Shown here in pieces: positions 28,244-38,029 of a stretch of 64,000 bases of DNA. Source of the stretch: an uncultured Trueperaceae bacterium (GTDB lineage Bacteria > Deinococcota > Deinococci > Deinococcales > Trueperaceae). Location of the stretch: positions 224,358 to 288,357 of the forward strand of contig CAWFFU010000008.1 in NCBI GenBank assembly GCA_963815215.1, given 5' to 3'. Made by a program: the position numbers and the translations under genes. Every line of letters starts with the position of its first letter. Within the stretch, counting starts at the first letter, position 1. The notes below the pieces were generated by a model. It did not search any database and had not been told where the DNA came from. It worked only from the letters and a program-made list of their open reading frames with translations.

Positions 28244-29746
28244 ATGTCCGCTGGCCCCGCTGCGCCGCCCCACGCTGAACCGCCGCCGGGCGCGCAGCCA
28301 ACGGGCAAGTGGGTCACACTGGCCATCGTGGGTATCGGTGTCTTCATGGCCACGCTCGACGCCTCCATCGTCAACATCAGCTTGCCTGCCATCGCGCACC
28401 GTTTCGGGGTGTCTCTCAACGGCGTTATCGAGTGGGTGGTCATCGCCTACCTGCTCGCCGTCGCCACCTTGCTCCTGACGACGGGGCGCCTGGCCGACAT
28501 GATCGGGCACAAGCCGATCTGGGTGGCGGGCCTGGCGACCTTCACCGTCGGCTCCGCCCTGTGCGGCGCCGCGCCGTCCCTGGAAGCGCTGGTGGGCTTC
28601 CGGGCCTTCCAGGGTGTGGGTGGCGCTTTCCTGATGGCGATCAGCCCCGCCATGCTGACGGTTGCCTTCCCACCCCAGGAGCGCGGCCGCGCATTGGGGT
28701 TGAATGCCGTGATCGTGGCCCTGGGCGTAAGCACCGGACCGACGCTGGGGGGCTTGCTGACCCATGCCTTCACCTGGCGCGCCATCTTCTACGTCAACGT
28801 GCCGATCGGCCTCATCGGGATCGTGGCCACCATGAGGCTTCTTCGCCGCCGCACGCCTCCGGGTCGCGGGCGGTTCGACCCGGCCGGCGCCGCTCTGCTG
28901 GCGCTCGGGCTCGGCGGGATCACGGTCGGGCTGTCGTTCGGAGAGGCCTGGGGATGGGGCTCGCCGGCGCTGCTGACGACGCTGGCGACCGGCCTCACGG
29001 CCATGATCGCGCTCGTCTACGCGGAGCGCCGACTGACCGACCCCATCCTCGACCTGGCCCTGCTCCGCAACCGCCTGTTCGCCGCGGCCAACGTCAGCCT
29101 GGTGCTGAGCTTCCTGGCGTTGTTCACGGTGAGCTTCCTGCTGCCCTTCTACCTGGAGGAGCTCCGCAACTTCACGACGCTTAAGGCGGGCCTGCTGCTC
29201 ACCCCGCTTCCCCTCACCATCGCCTGCATCGCGCCCTTCAGTGGCTCGCTCGCCGACCGTATCGGCACGCGTTGGCTGGCGTCGGTGGGCCTCGCCATCG
29301 CCTGCGCCGGACTCCTCCTGATCGCTACGCTCACGGCCACGACGCCGCTGTGGCGCGTCATCGCGACGCTGGTCCTGACCGGTATCGGTCAGGGTCTGTT
29401 CCAATCGCCCAACAACAGCGCGCTGATGGGTGCTGCACCGCGCCACCGCCAGGGTGTCGCAGCCGGCATGCTGGCCACCGGCCGAGTGGTGGGCCAGAGC
29501 GTCAGCGTGGCGCTCGCCGGTGCGATCTTCATCGCATTGGGTGGCGCCGCCGCCGGCGCACAGCTCCAGGCGTTGGCGACCGCGCACCCGGGTGACGGCG
29601 GTGCCGGCGTCGCCGCACTGCAGCAGAGCTTCTCCGTGGCGTTCCACGCCGCCTTCCTGGCGAGTGCCGCCATCGCCGCCGTCGGCGTGTTCACCTCCCT
29701 GGTCCGCGGTCCCGAGACGGTCGTCGGGCGGCACGAGCGCGCCTGA
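28244..29746 (+). CDS. DHA2 (14-TMS) MFS transporter
   Basis: Motifs LDASIVNISLP, GRLADMIG, RAFQGVG, WRAIFYVNVP and FQSPNN. Confidence 0.93.
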   Translation: MSAGPAAPPHAEPPPGAQPTGKWVTLAIVGIGVFMATLDASIVNISLPAIAHRFGVSLNGVIEWVVIAYLLAVATLLLTTGRLADMIGHKPIWVAGLATFTVGSALCGAAPSLEALVGFRAFQGVGGAFLMAISPAMLTVAFPPQERGRALGLNAVIVALGVSTGPTLGGLLTHAFTWRAIFYVNVPIGLIGIVATMRLLRRRTPPGRGRFDPAGAALLALGLGGITVGLSFGEAWGWGSPALLTTLATGLTAMIALVYAERRLTDPILDLALLRNRLFAAANVSLVLSFLALFTVSFLLPFYLEELRNFTTLKAGLLLTPLPLTIACIAPFSGSLADRIGTRWLASVGLAIACAGLLLIATLTATTPLWRVIATLVLTGIGQGLFQSPNNSALMGAAPRHRQGVAAGMLATGRVVGQSVSVALAGAIFIALGGAAAGAQLQALATAHPGDGGAGVAALQQSFSVAFHAAFLASAAIAAVGVFTSLVRGPETVVGRHERA

Positions 29747-31086
29747 TGGACACGAGCACCAGCGCGCCCCCATTCACGCCCCGAGGGTGGCGCCGCCTCG
29801 ACCCCGTGGCGCGTGGCCTGATGTCCGCACGCTTCCTGCGGAGCATGGCGCAAGGGGCCCTGGTGGTCGACTTCGTTCTCTACCTCAAGGCGCTGGGCTG
29901 GAGCGCCGCGGCCATCGGCCTCCTGCTCGGCGCGACCGGCGTGGTGGGCGCGGCCCTGCTCCTCGCCGCCGGCATCCTGAGCGACCGATTCGGCCGTAGA
30001 CCGTTCCTGATGGGATACCAGCTCGCCTCCGCCCTCGGCGCGCTGGCGGTCGTGCTGTCGCCGCACTCCTGGGTGCTGGTGCTGACCGCGGTGCTTCTGG
30101 GGTACGGCCGCGGCGCCAACGGGGCGGCCGGCCCGTTCGCGCCCGTCGAGCAGGCGTGGCTGGCAGCGAGCGTGTCCCCTGCAGCGCGCAGCCAGACGTT
30201 CAGCCTCAACGCGGCGCTGGGGTTCCTGGGCATGGGACTGGGCACGCTCATCGGTTCGGCCGTGCCGCTGTTCGAGCGCTACCTGGACGGCCCGGCCGCC
30301 TACGAGCCGCTGTTCGTGCTCAATCTGGTGGTCGCCCTGGTGACGACCTGGATGATCGCCCGCTTGCGCGAGCCGGCGCGGCGCGAGGCGCACTCGGCCG
30401 ACGACGCGTCCGCCCGGGCCGCGGAGCCCGCGCAGCCCGCGCAGGTGCCCGGCGAGGGCGCCCAGGCGAAGACAGCAGCACGCGACGGTCGCGGCACGGC
30501 GCACCCGGCCAGCGTGACACGCCGCGAGAACGTGGCGCTCGCGTTGTTGACCATGGTGAACTCCGTCAACGCCATCGGCATCGGTCTGATCGGCCCACTG
30601 CTGCCCTATTGGTTCGCGGTGCGCTTCGGGGTGGGGCCGGAGGCCATCGGCTCGGTCTATGCGCTCACGTTCCTATTGACCGCCGTGTCGGCGTTGGTGA
30701 GCGGCGAGATGGGCGCACGAGTGGGCGTGGTGCGCTCCATCGTCGGGCCCCGGACGGTCGGCGTGCTCCTCCTCGTGGCCATGCCCCTCATGCCCTCGTA
30801 CGGCTGGGCGGCCGGGATCTACGCCGTCCGCTCCATCCTCAATCGCGGCACCGCCGGCAACCGCCAGGCGTTCAGCATGGCGCTGGTGCGGGACGCGCGT
30901 CGGGGCCTGGCAGGCAGCCTCAACGCCCTGTCGTTCCGCCTGCCCTCGGCGGTCGGCGCGGCCGTGGCCGGCTGGCTGATCGGGCTGGGGTTCCTCGACC
31001 TGCCGTTCTTCATCGCCTCCGGCTTCCAGTTCGCCTACGTGGCCCTGTTCGGCACGGTCTTGAGGCGCTACGAGGACGGCACGTAG
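29746..31086 (+). CDS. MFS transporter (12-TMS)
   Basis: Motifs GILSDRFGRR and GANGAAGPFAPVEQA. TGATG coupling with the upstream MFS gene. Confidence 0.9.
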   Translation: MDTSTSAPPFTPRGWRRLDPVARGLMSARFLRSMAQGALVVDFVLYLKALGWSAAAIGLLLGATGVVGAALLLAAGILSDRFGRRPFLMGYQLASALGALAVVLSPHSWVLVLTAVLLGYGRGANGAAGPFAPVEQAWLAASVSPAARSQTFSLNAALGFLGMGLGTLIGSAVPLFERYLDGPAAYEPLFVLNLVVALVTTWMIARLREPARREAHSADDASARAAEPAQPAQVPGEGAQAKTAARDGRGTAHPASVTRRENVALALLTMVNSVNAIGIGLIGPLLPYWFAVRFGVGPEAIGSVYALTFLLTAVSALVSGEMGARVGVVRSIVGPRTVGVLLLVAMPLMPSYGWAAGIYAVRSILNRGTAGNRQAFSMALVRDARRGLAGSLNALSFRLPSAVGAAVAGWLIGLGFLDLPFFIASGFQFAYVALFGTVLRRYEDGT

Positions 31087-31297
31087 CGCACGCGGCGCGA
31101 CGATGAGCTGAGCGTGGTGCCTCGATCGTTCGGGATCGCGGCCCTTCGCGCGCCGGCCGACCCGCCGCTCGGTCGCCGGTTCGCCAACTACCCTCCGAAA
31201 CCCGCGCCCGTTCCGTTATGCTCGACGCTCAGGCGCGGGGAGCCGGAAAGGGACCGCACGGAGGCCGCGGAGGGGACCGGGTCGCCGATCGAAAGAG

Positions 31298-32461
31298 ATG
31301 GTACTGGCCGAAGTTCTGCGAGAGCTGCGACTCGGAGGCATCGACGTCCTGAGCGGGGACGCCTCCCAGATGGAGCTGGCGCGCGTCCGCGAGTACGGTC
31401 CCGCGGCGCGAGCGTCCGAGGGAACGCTCTACCTGGTCGCCGGGGACGGCCTCCCCGAGCACGCCCTGGAACTCGCCCGGCGCGAACGCCACGCCGGGTT
31501 CGTGCTGTCCGCCGCCACCGCCGCGAGCCTGGAGACGGGTCTGCTCGCCGGCTTCAAGGCTACGGTGATCGCGCTCCCCGGCGGGATCCCGCTCGACCTG
31601 GGTGCCCGCATCCAGCACCTGATCGACCTCGGTGCGAGCTCGCTACTGGGCGGCGACACCATCGCCAGAGCCCGCCAGGACCTGGTCGAGGACCTTGTGA
31701 TCGGGAGGTTCCGCGACCCTGCCGCCCTGGGACGCCGCGCCCGCAGCCTGGGGATCGACCTCGACGGCGTCACCACCGTGCTGCTCGTCGGCTTCGACGA
31801 CTTCGAGCGCTTCTACGTCCAGAACGAGCAGCAGGGTGAGCTCTACTTCCAGCGCCTCAAGGGACGTATCCTTCAGATCACCAGGCAGGGCGTCGCCGTG
31901 GACGATCCCGCTGCGGTCGTCACGCCCCACGCCGAGGGCTCGTTGATTCTGGGGCGCGGCCCGTTGGAGGAGACGGGCCGCAGACTCGCGGCCACCCTGC
32001 GCAAGGATTTGCGTTTCGTACCCGTCGCCGTGGCGGCGGGCCTGCCCAAGGACGATCTGTCCGGACTCACCTACTCCTACCGGGAGGCTCGGATGGCACT
32101 TGGGCTGCGCAAGCGTCTGCGACTGCGCGACCGCTTCGTGGCGTTCCGGGACGTGACCGGATCGGCGCTGCTCCAACAGATCGCGCAGACCCCGGAGCTC
32201 GCGTCGCTGCTGACGGACGAGCTGCGCCCCCTGCAGGAAGCCGAGTACAGCCGCCGGCCGGTGCTCGTCGAGACCATCGCCGCGTACTTCGACAGCGGCG
32301 GATCGCTCAAGCGGGCCGCGGCCACCCTGGGAATCCACCCCAAGACGCTCCGCTACCGGCTCGATCGCGCCGAGGACATCCTGGGGCCGGGCTCACTGGA
32401 AGGCGACAAGCGCCTGCTCTACCACCTGGCGGCGCGCTACATCCTCTGGGTCACCGACTGA
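31298..32461 (+). CDS. PucR/CdaR family transcriptional regulator
   Basis: C-terminal HTH AAATLGIHPKTLRYRL, and a central GGDEF-like region with SYREA. Confidence 0.9.
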   Translation: MVLAEVLRELRLGGIDVLSGDASQMELARVREYGPAARASEGTLYLVAGDGLPEHALELARRERHAGFVLSAATAASLETGLLAGFKATVIALPGGIPLDLGARIQHLIDLGASSLLGGDTIARARQDLVEDLVIGRFRDPAALGRRARSLGIDLDGVTTVLLVGFDDFERFYVQNEQQGELYFQRLKGRILQITRQGVAVDDPAAVVTPHAEGSLILGRGPLEETGRRLAATLRKDLRFVPVAVAAGLPKDDLSGLTYSYREARMALGLRKRLRLRDRFVAFRDVTGSALLQQIAQTPELASLLTDELRPLQEAEYSRRPVLVETIAAYFDSGGSLKRAAATLGIHPKTLRYRLDRAEDILGPGSLEGDKRLLYHLAARYILWVTD

Positions 32462-32550
32462 CCGAGACCGTCCCACACCCGCTCGGGCGATGACTCCCGC
32501 GCGCCGGCCGGCGCCGGCGCCGGCCCTCGCATGGTCCGCCACCGACAACC

Positions 32551-32573
32551 GCGTACTCCGCCGGGGAGTACGC
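32551..32573. promoter_or_regulatory. Inverted repeat GCGTACTCC-N5-GGAGTACGC, candidate PucR-type operator (or terminator)
   Basis: Perfect 9-bp arms, about 20 nt upstream of a TACCCT -10-like hexamer and 70 nt before the hydantoinase gene. Confidence 0.5.
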
Positions 32574-32643
32574 GCCTGAACCCACGGGCGCCTACCCTGG
32601 CTGAACACCTGGGCCCCAGGCCAACGGCGAGGAGTGTGACCGT

Positions 32644-34185
32644 GTGATCCGAATCGGTATCGATGTGGGTGGGACCAACACCGACGCGGTCGTGATGAGC
32701 GACCGGAACGTCCTCCACTCCGTGAAGACGGCGACCACCGAAGACGTGATGAGCGGCGTCGTGACCGCGCTCCGCGAGGTCCTCGATCGGAGCTCCGTAG
32801 CGACCGACGACGTCGACGTGGTGATGATCGGCACGACGCACTTCACCAACGCCGTCGTGCAGCGCCGGGACCTCGCCCCCACCGCCGCGGTGCGGCTGGG
32901 GCTGCCGGCGACCGCCAGCCTCGTTCCGATGGTCGACTGGCCGGCCGACCTGCGCCAGACCATCGGCAACCACGTCTTCCTTGCGCACGGCGGTCACGAG
33001 TTCGACGGCCGCACGATCTCGGAGATCGACGAGGACGAGCTGCGGCGCATCGCCGACACCATCGCCGGGCACGGCATCCGCTCCGTCGCCGTGTCGTCCG
33101 TGTTCAGCCCGGTCAACACCGAGATGGAACACCGCGCCCGCGACATCCTGCGCGAGGTGCTGCCCGACGCGCACTTCACGCTCTCCAGCCAGATCGGCCG
33201 CATCGGGCTGCTGGAGCGCGAGAACGCCGCCATCATGAACGCCTGCCTGCGTGACCTCAGCGCCAAGACGGTGACGGCGTTCCGCAACGCCCTGCGCGGA
33301 GCCGGGCTCGACGCGCCGTTCTTCCTCACGCAGAACGACGGGACCCTGATGAGCGCGGAGACCGCCGAGGAGTTCCCGGTGCTCACCTTCGCCAGCGGGC
33401 CCACCAACTCCATGCGCGGTGCGGCCTTCCTGTCTGGCATCAAGGACGCCATCGTCATCGACGTGGGCGGCACGACGACCGACATCGGCGCGCTGGTGAG
33501 CGGCTTCCCGCGCGAGGCCAGTGTGGCCGTCGAGGTCGGCGGCGTGCGAACCAACTTCCGGATGCCCGACGTGTTCTCCATCGGCCTCGGCGGCGGCTCG
33601 CTGGTGCGGTCCGACCCCGTGAGCGTGGGGCCGCGTAGCGTCGGCTACCGCCTCACGCACGATGCGCGGGTCTTCGGTGGCGACGTGCTGACGGCCACGG
33701 ACATCGCGGTGGCCGCCGGGCGGGCCGACATCGGCGACGCCGACCGGGTCGCGTCGGTCGACACCCAGCTCGTCGAAGACGCCCTGGAGGTCATGCGCGA
33801 CATGGTGGAGCGCGCTGTGGAACGGATGCGGCTGACGCCGGAACCGGTGCCCGTGATCGTCGTCGGCGGGGGCAGCATCCTCGTTCCCGACCGTGTGGGC
33901 GACCTGAAGGTCCTCCGGCCCGAACACTACCCCGTGGCCAACGCCGTGGGCGCGGCGATCGCCCAGATCAGCGGCGAGGTCGACCGGGTGTTCTCCCTCG
34001 CGGAGATGCCACGCGACGAGGCCGTCGCCAGGGCCAAGGCGGAGGCCATCGAACGGGCGGTCCAGGCCGGAGCCGATCAGGACTCCACCCAGGTGGTCGA
34101 CGTCGAGGACGTCCCGCTGGCCTACCTGCCGGGCAACGCCACGCGCATCCGCGTCAAGGCTGTTGGGGACCTGAGTGTCGGCTGA
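32644..34185 (+). CDS. Hydantoinase/oxoprolinase A-subunit family protein (short form)
   Basis: ASKHA ATP-binding motifs IGIDVGGTNTD and IDVGGTTTDIG, plus GTTHFTNA, SGPTNS and NAVGAA. Confidence 0.95.
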   Translation: MIRIGIDVGGTNTDAVVMSDRNVLHSVKTATTEDVMSGVVTALREVLDRSSVATDDVDVVMIGTTHFTNAVVQRRDLAPTAAVRLGLPATASLVPMVDWPADLRQTIGNHVFLAHGGHEFDGRTISEIDEDELRRIADTIAGHGIRSVAVSSVFSPVNTEMEHRARDILREVLPDAHFTLSSQIGRIGLLERENAAIMNACLRDLSAKTVTAFRNALRGAGLDAPFFLTQNDGTLMSAETAEEFPVLTFASGPTNSMRGAAFLSGIKDAIVIDVGGTTTDIGALVSGFPREASVAVEVGGVRTNFRMPDVFSIGLGGGSLVRSDPVSVGPRSVGYRLTHDARVFGGDVLTATDIAVAAGRADIGDADRVASVDTQLVEDALEVMRDMVERAVERMRLTPEPVPVIVVGGGSILVPDRVGDLKVLRPEHYPVANAVGAAIAQISGEVDRVFSLAEMPRDEAVARAKAEAIERAVQAGADQDSTQVVDVEDVPLAYLPGNATRIRVKAVGDLSVG

Positions 34186-35311
34186 GGCCGTGGACAGAAC
34201 GGCAGCCCGCCGCCTCGACGAGCGTGACATCGACGCGATCGCCGTCGGCGCCGCCATCCTCGGTACGGGCGGAGGCGGCAACCCCTACATCGGCAGCCTG
34301 CGCGCCAAGGAACAGCTGCGCGCGGGGCGGACCATCGAGGTGGTGGGCCTCGACGCCCTCGCCCCCGACGCGATGGTCGTCAGCGTCGGCGGGATCGGCG
34401 CGCCCGTGGTGGGCATCGAGAAGATCGAGAAGGGCGACGAGTGCCTGCTGGCGCTGCGCGCCCTGGAGGCGTACGTCGGTCGCCCGGCGGACGCCACGGT
34501 GGCGGCCGAGATCGGCGGGTCCAACAGCATCGAGCCGATGATCACCGCAGCCCAGGCGGGCATCCCGGTCGTCGATGCCGATGGCATGGGTCGCGCCTTC
34601 CCCGAGGTACAGATGAGCACCTACTTCATCTACGGCCACGCCCCCGCACCGGCAGCGCTGGCCGACGAGAAGGGGAACCGGGTTCTATACACCCGCATCC
34701 AGGACATGTACTGGCTGGAGCGCCTGGCGCGCGCCGCCACGGTCGACATGGGGGCGGCCGCCGGCTTCGCCATCGCACCGATGAGCGGCGATTTCCTCAA
34801 GCGCTACGCCGTGCCGCGCACCCTCACGCAGTGTCTCGAGCTCGGCCACACCGTCGCCGGGGCCCGCCGCGAGCGCCGCGACGTGGTCGAGGCGGTGCGC
34901 ACCTCGCAGGGGGGCGTCCGCCTGTTCGACGGCAAGATCGCCGACGTCCGTCGCGAGCTCAAGGGCGGCTTCGCTGTGGGCCGCGTTCGCCTGGACGGCG
35001 TCGACGGCTACCGTGGCGAACGGGCCGAGATCGACATCCAGAACGAGAACCTGGTGTTCCGCCGCGAGGGCGTGGTCGAGGCCAGCGTTCCCGACCTCAT
35101 CATTGTGCTCGACGCCGACACCGGGCACTCGATCACGACCGAGGTGCTCCGGTTCGGCCTGCGCGTGTCGGTCCTCGCCCTCCCCTGCCATCGGCTGCTT
35201 CGGACGCCCGAGGCGCTCGAGATCATCGGACCCGCCGCGTTCGGCTACCCGGACGTGCCCTACCGACCCCTCGCCGCAGAAGGGAGCAACGATGCGACTG
35301 TTTCAGGCTGA
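34175..35311 (+). CDS. DUF917 family protein, copy 1
   Basis: Motifs LGTGGGGNPY, EIGGSNS, DADGMGRAFPE, QNEN and VPDLI. Alternative start at 34190. Confidence 0.93.
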   Translation: MSAEAVDRTAARRLDERDIDAIAVGAAILGTGGGGNPYIGSLRAKEQLRAGRTIEVVGLDALAPDAMVVSVGGIGAPVVGIEKIEKGDECLLALRALEAYVGRPADATVAAEIGGSNSIEPMITAAQAGIPVVDADGMGRAFPEVQMSTYFIYGHAPAPAALADEKGNRVLYTRIQDMYWLERLARAATVDMGAAAGFAIAPMSGDFLKRYAVPRTLTQCLELGHTVAGARRERRDVVEAVRTSQGGVRLFDGKIADVRRELKGGFAVGRVRLDGVDGYRGERAEIDIQNENLVFRREGVVEASVPDLIIVLDADTGHSITTEVLRFGLRVSVLALPCHRLLRTPEALEIIGPAAFGYPDVPYRPLAAEGSNDATVSG

Positions 35312-36374
35312 GGACCTGCAGGACGTGGCGATGGGCGCCGCCGTCCTCGGCACCGGCGGCGGGGGCGATCCCTACATCGGCAAGCTCATGGCCATGCAGG
35401 CCATCCGGGCCCATGGCCCGGTCAGGGTGATCGACGTAGAAGAGCTGGACGACGACGCCCTGATCGCACCCGCAGCGATGATGGGCGCGCCCACCGTCAT
35501 GGTGGAGAAGCTGCCCAACGGCTCCGAGATCGTCACCGCCTTCCGCAGCCTGGAGGAGTACCTGGGCCGCCCGATCAGCGCGGTGCTGTGCGGCGAGGCC
35601 GGGGGCTTGAACTCGACCATTCCCTTCATCGTGGCCGCCGAGATGGGGCTACCCCTGGTCGACGGGGACGGTATGGGGCGGGCCTTCCCGGAGCTTCAGA
35701 TGGTCACCTTCACGCTGCACGGCGTGAAGGCCACGCCGATGGTGATGGCCGACGACAAGGGCAACTCGCTCGTGCTCCACACCGTCGACAACCGCTGGAC
35801 GGAGCGCCTCGCCCGCAGCGCCACCATCGAGATGGGGGGCTCCTCGCTCATCGCCTTCTACGCCATGGACGGGCGCGCCGCCAAGCGCGCGGTCGTTCGC
35901 GGGACGGTGACGCTCGCCGCGGACATCGGTCGGGCGATCCGCGAGGCGCGGGCCGCCAAGCACAGTCCCATCGAAGCGGTGCAGGCACGCGTTGGCGCGC
36001 ACCGTCTGTTCAGCGCCAAGATCATGGACGTCGACCGCCGCACGGTCGGCGGGTTCGCTCGTGGCGAAGCGCGCCTGGAAGGCGTCGACGCCGACGCCGG
36101 ACGGAGCTTCAGCATCCACTTCCAGAACGAGTTCCTGGTGGCCATGGAAGGTGACGACGTGATGGTGTCGACACCCGACCTCATCACCCTGCTCGACGCC
36201 GACACCGGCGAGGCCATCACCACCGAGTCCCTGAGGTTCGGTTTCCGCGTCGTCGCGCTCGGCATCCCCAGCGACCCCCAATGGCGCACCGAAGCGGGGC
36301 TCGCCCTGGTCGGTCCGCGCTACTTCGGTTACGACATCGACTACCGGCCGGTCGAGGACCGCGCCGACACTTGA
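35292..36374 (+). CDS. DUF917 family protein, copy 2
   Basis: Motifs LGTGGGGDPY, EAGGLNS, DGDGMGRAFPE, FQNEF and TPDLI. Confidence 0.93.
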   Translation: MRLFQAEDLQDVAMGAAVLGTGGGGDPYIGKLMAMQAIRAHGPVRVIDVEELDDDALIAPAAMMGAPTVMVEKLPNGSEIVTAFRSLEEYLGRPISAVLCGEAGGLNSTIPFIVAAEMGLPLVDGDGMGRAFPELQMVTFTLHGVKATPMVMADDKGNSLVLHTVDNRWTERLARSATIEMGGSSLIAFYAMDGRAAKRAVVRGTVTLAADIGRAIREARAAKHSPIEAVQARVGAHRLFSAKIMDVDRRTVGGFARGEARLEGVDADAGRSFSIHFQNEFLVAMEGDDVMVSTPDLITLLDADTGEAITTESLRFGFRVVALGIPSDPQWRTEAGLALVGPRYFGYDIDYRPVEDRADT

Positions 36375-36397
36375 ACGGAATCGGAAGGGAGAGCCGT

Positions 36398-37960
36398 ATG
36401 AAGAGAGTTCTCGTTGCGTTCCTGGCCCTCGGGGTAGTGGGCATGGCGGCGACGGCGATGGCCGCCACCACCGTCACGCTCAACGTGGTGCAGATCTTCG
36501 GCACCATCGATCCAGCCAAGATCACCGACTACACCGGCTACATGGCGGCCGTGAACCTGTACGACGGTCTCGTCACCGTCGACAAGAACGGCGCTATCCA
36601 GCCCCTGCTGGCGAGTAGCTGGGAGGCGTCCAGCGACGCCACCACCTACACCTTCCACCTCAAGCCCAACGCCACCTTCCACGACGGCACACCGGTCACG
36701 GCGAGCGACGTCGTGTACTCGGTGAAGCGCCTGCTGGCGATCGACCAGGGCCCGTCCTACCTGTTCAAGGGCGTACTCGGTCCCGACAGCGTGACGGCGC
36801 CCGACCCGCACACCGTGGTCTTCCACCTGCAGAAGGTGTTCTCGCCCTTCCTGGCAACCGTTCCGCTGATCTTCGTGGTCGATAGCAAGGTCGTCCAGGC
36901 CAACGTGAAGAACAACGACTGGGGCCAGGCGTACGTGGCCGATCACGACGTTGGGTCGGGACCGTACATGCTCCAGAGCTGGACGCGCGGCAGCCAGATG
37001 CAGCTCAAGCGCTTCGACAACTACGTGCTGGGCTGGGGTAAGGGTCCCATCGACAACCTGCGTTTCGTGGTGACGAACGACGAGGCAACCGTGCGCTCCC
37101 TGGCAGCCAGCGGCGAGCTCACCATGACCAGCGAGTTCCAGGCCAACGAGACCTACGCCGCCCTCGCCAAGATGGACCGCTTCCGCGTCGTTTCACAGCC
37201 GACCGGCACCGCGTTCTACCTCAAGCTGAACACCCAGGTCGCGCCCACCAACGACGTTCACGTCCGCCGTGCGATCGCCTGCGCCACGGACTACGGCACC
37301 ATCCTGAAGTCGATCTACCCGGGCGACCCTCTGGCGGGCCCCTTGCCGGCGGTCTTCAAGAGTGATTACCTGGACACCCTCAAGAACCCGACCTTCGATA
37401 TGACCTGCGCCAAGGACGAGCTCGCGAAGAGCGCGTATGCCGGCAAGAGCGCCATCCCGCTGACGTTCTCCTACGTCGCAGGGACGAGCTTCGAGGAGGA
37501 GATCGGGCTGCTCATGAAGTCGAACCTCGAGAAGGTCGGCTTCAAGGTCACGCTCGATCCGGAGCCGTGGAACCGCATCACGGAGATCGCCTCCAAGGCC
37601 AGCACCACACCCAACGTCACCGAGGTCTTCTTCGGCGCCACTTACGCCTCGCCGGACTCGATGTTCTTCACCCAGTACGACAGCAAGGCGGCGGGAACCT
37701 GGTCCTCGATGGAGTGGCTCAACAACCCCGGGGTGGACAAGATGATCGCTGACGCCCGCGCCACTACCGACCCCGCGAAGCAGGCGGCCATCTACAAGCA
37801 GCTCCAGCAGACCATCGTCGATCTCCAACCCGACGTGTTCCTGCTCGTCCAGAACGTGCGACACGCCATGGACAAGTGCCTGACGGGCTACAACTACGTC
37901 CCGGTGCAGAGTTTCGACTACAACTTCCACAACTACAGCTGGACCTGCTCCGGCAACTGA
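36398..37960 (+). CDS. Peptide/nickel-type (family 5) ABC substrate-binding protein
   Basis: Signal peptide, LYDGLV, PLLASSW, FHDGTPVTASDVVYS and GSGPY. Confidence 0.95.
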   Translation: MKRVLVAFLALGVVGMAATAMAATTVTLNVVQIFGTIDPAKITDYTGYMAAVNLYDGLVTVDKNGAIQPLLASSWEASSDATTYTFHLKPNATFHDGTPVTASDVVYSVKRLLAIDQGPSYLFKGVLGPDSVTAPDPHTVVFHLQKVFSPFLATVPLIFVVDSKVVQANVKNNDWGQAYVADHDVGSGPYMLQSWTRGSQMQLKRFDNYVLGWGKGPIDNLRFVVTNDEATVRSLAASGELTMTSEFQANETYAALAKMDRFRVVSQPTGTAFYLKLNTQVAPTNDVHVRRAIACATDYGTILKSIYPGDPLAGPLPAVFKSDYLDTLKNPTFDMTCAKDELAKSAYAGKSAIPLTFSYVAGTSFEEEIGLLMKSNLEKVGFKVTLDPEPWNRITEIASKASTTPNVTEVFFGATYASPDSMFFTQYDSKAAGTWSSMEWLNNPGVDKMIADARATTDPAKQAAIYKQLQQTIVDLQPDVFLLVQNVRHAMDKCLTGYNYVPVQSFDYNFHNYSWTCSGN

Positions 37961-37968
37961 GCCCCGCG

Positions 37969-38001
37969 TCGGGGGAGGACGGCAACGCGCCGCCCTCCCC
38001 C
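37969..38001 (+). terminator. Hairpin between the SBP and permease genes
   Basis: GGGGAGG...CCTCCCC imperfect stem just after the SBP stop. Confidence 0.45.
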
Positions 38002-38029
38002 GCGCCCATGTCACGGGGGGAAGGCTTCC

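Noticed and set aside
28160..28278. TAGCAT-N5-GTG as a leaderless start for the MFS gene
   Set aside because: The GTG at 28171 is out of frame with the MFS ATG at 28244. The hexamer may still be the promoter.
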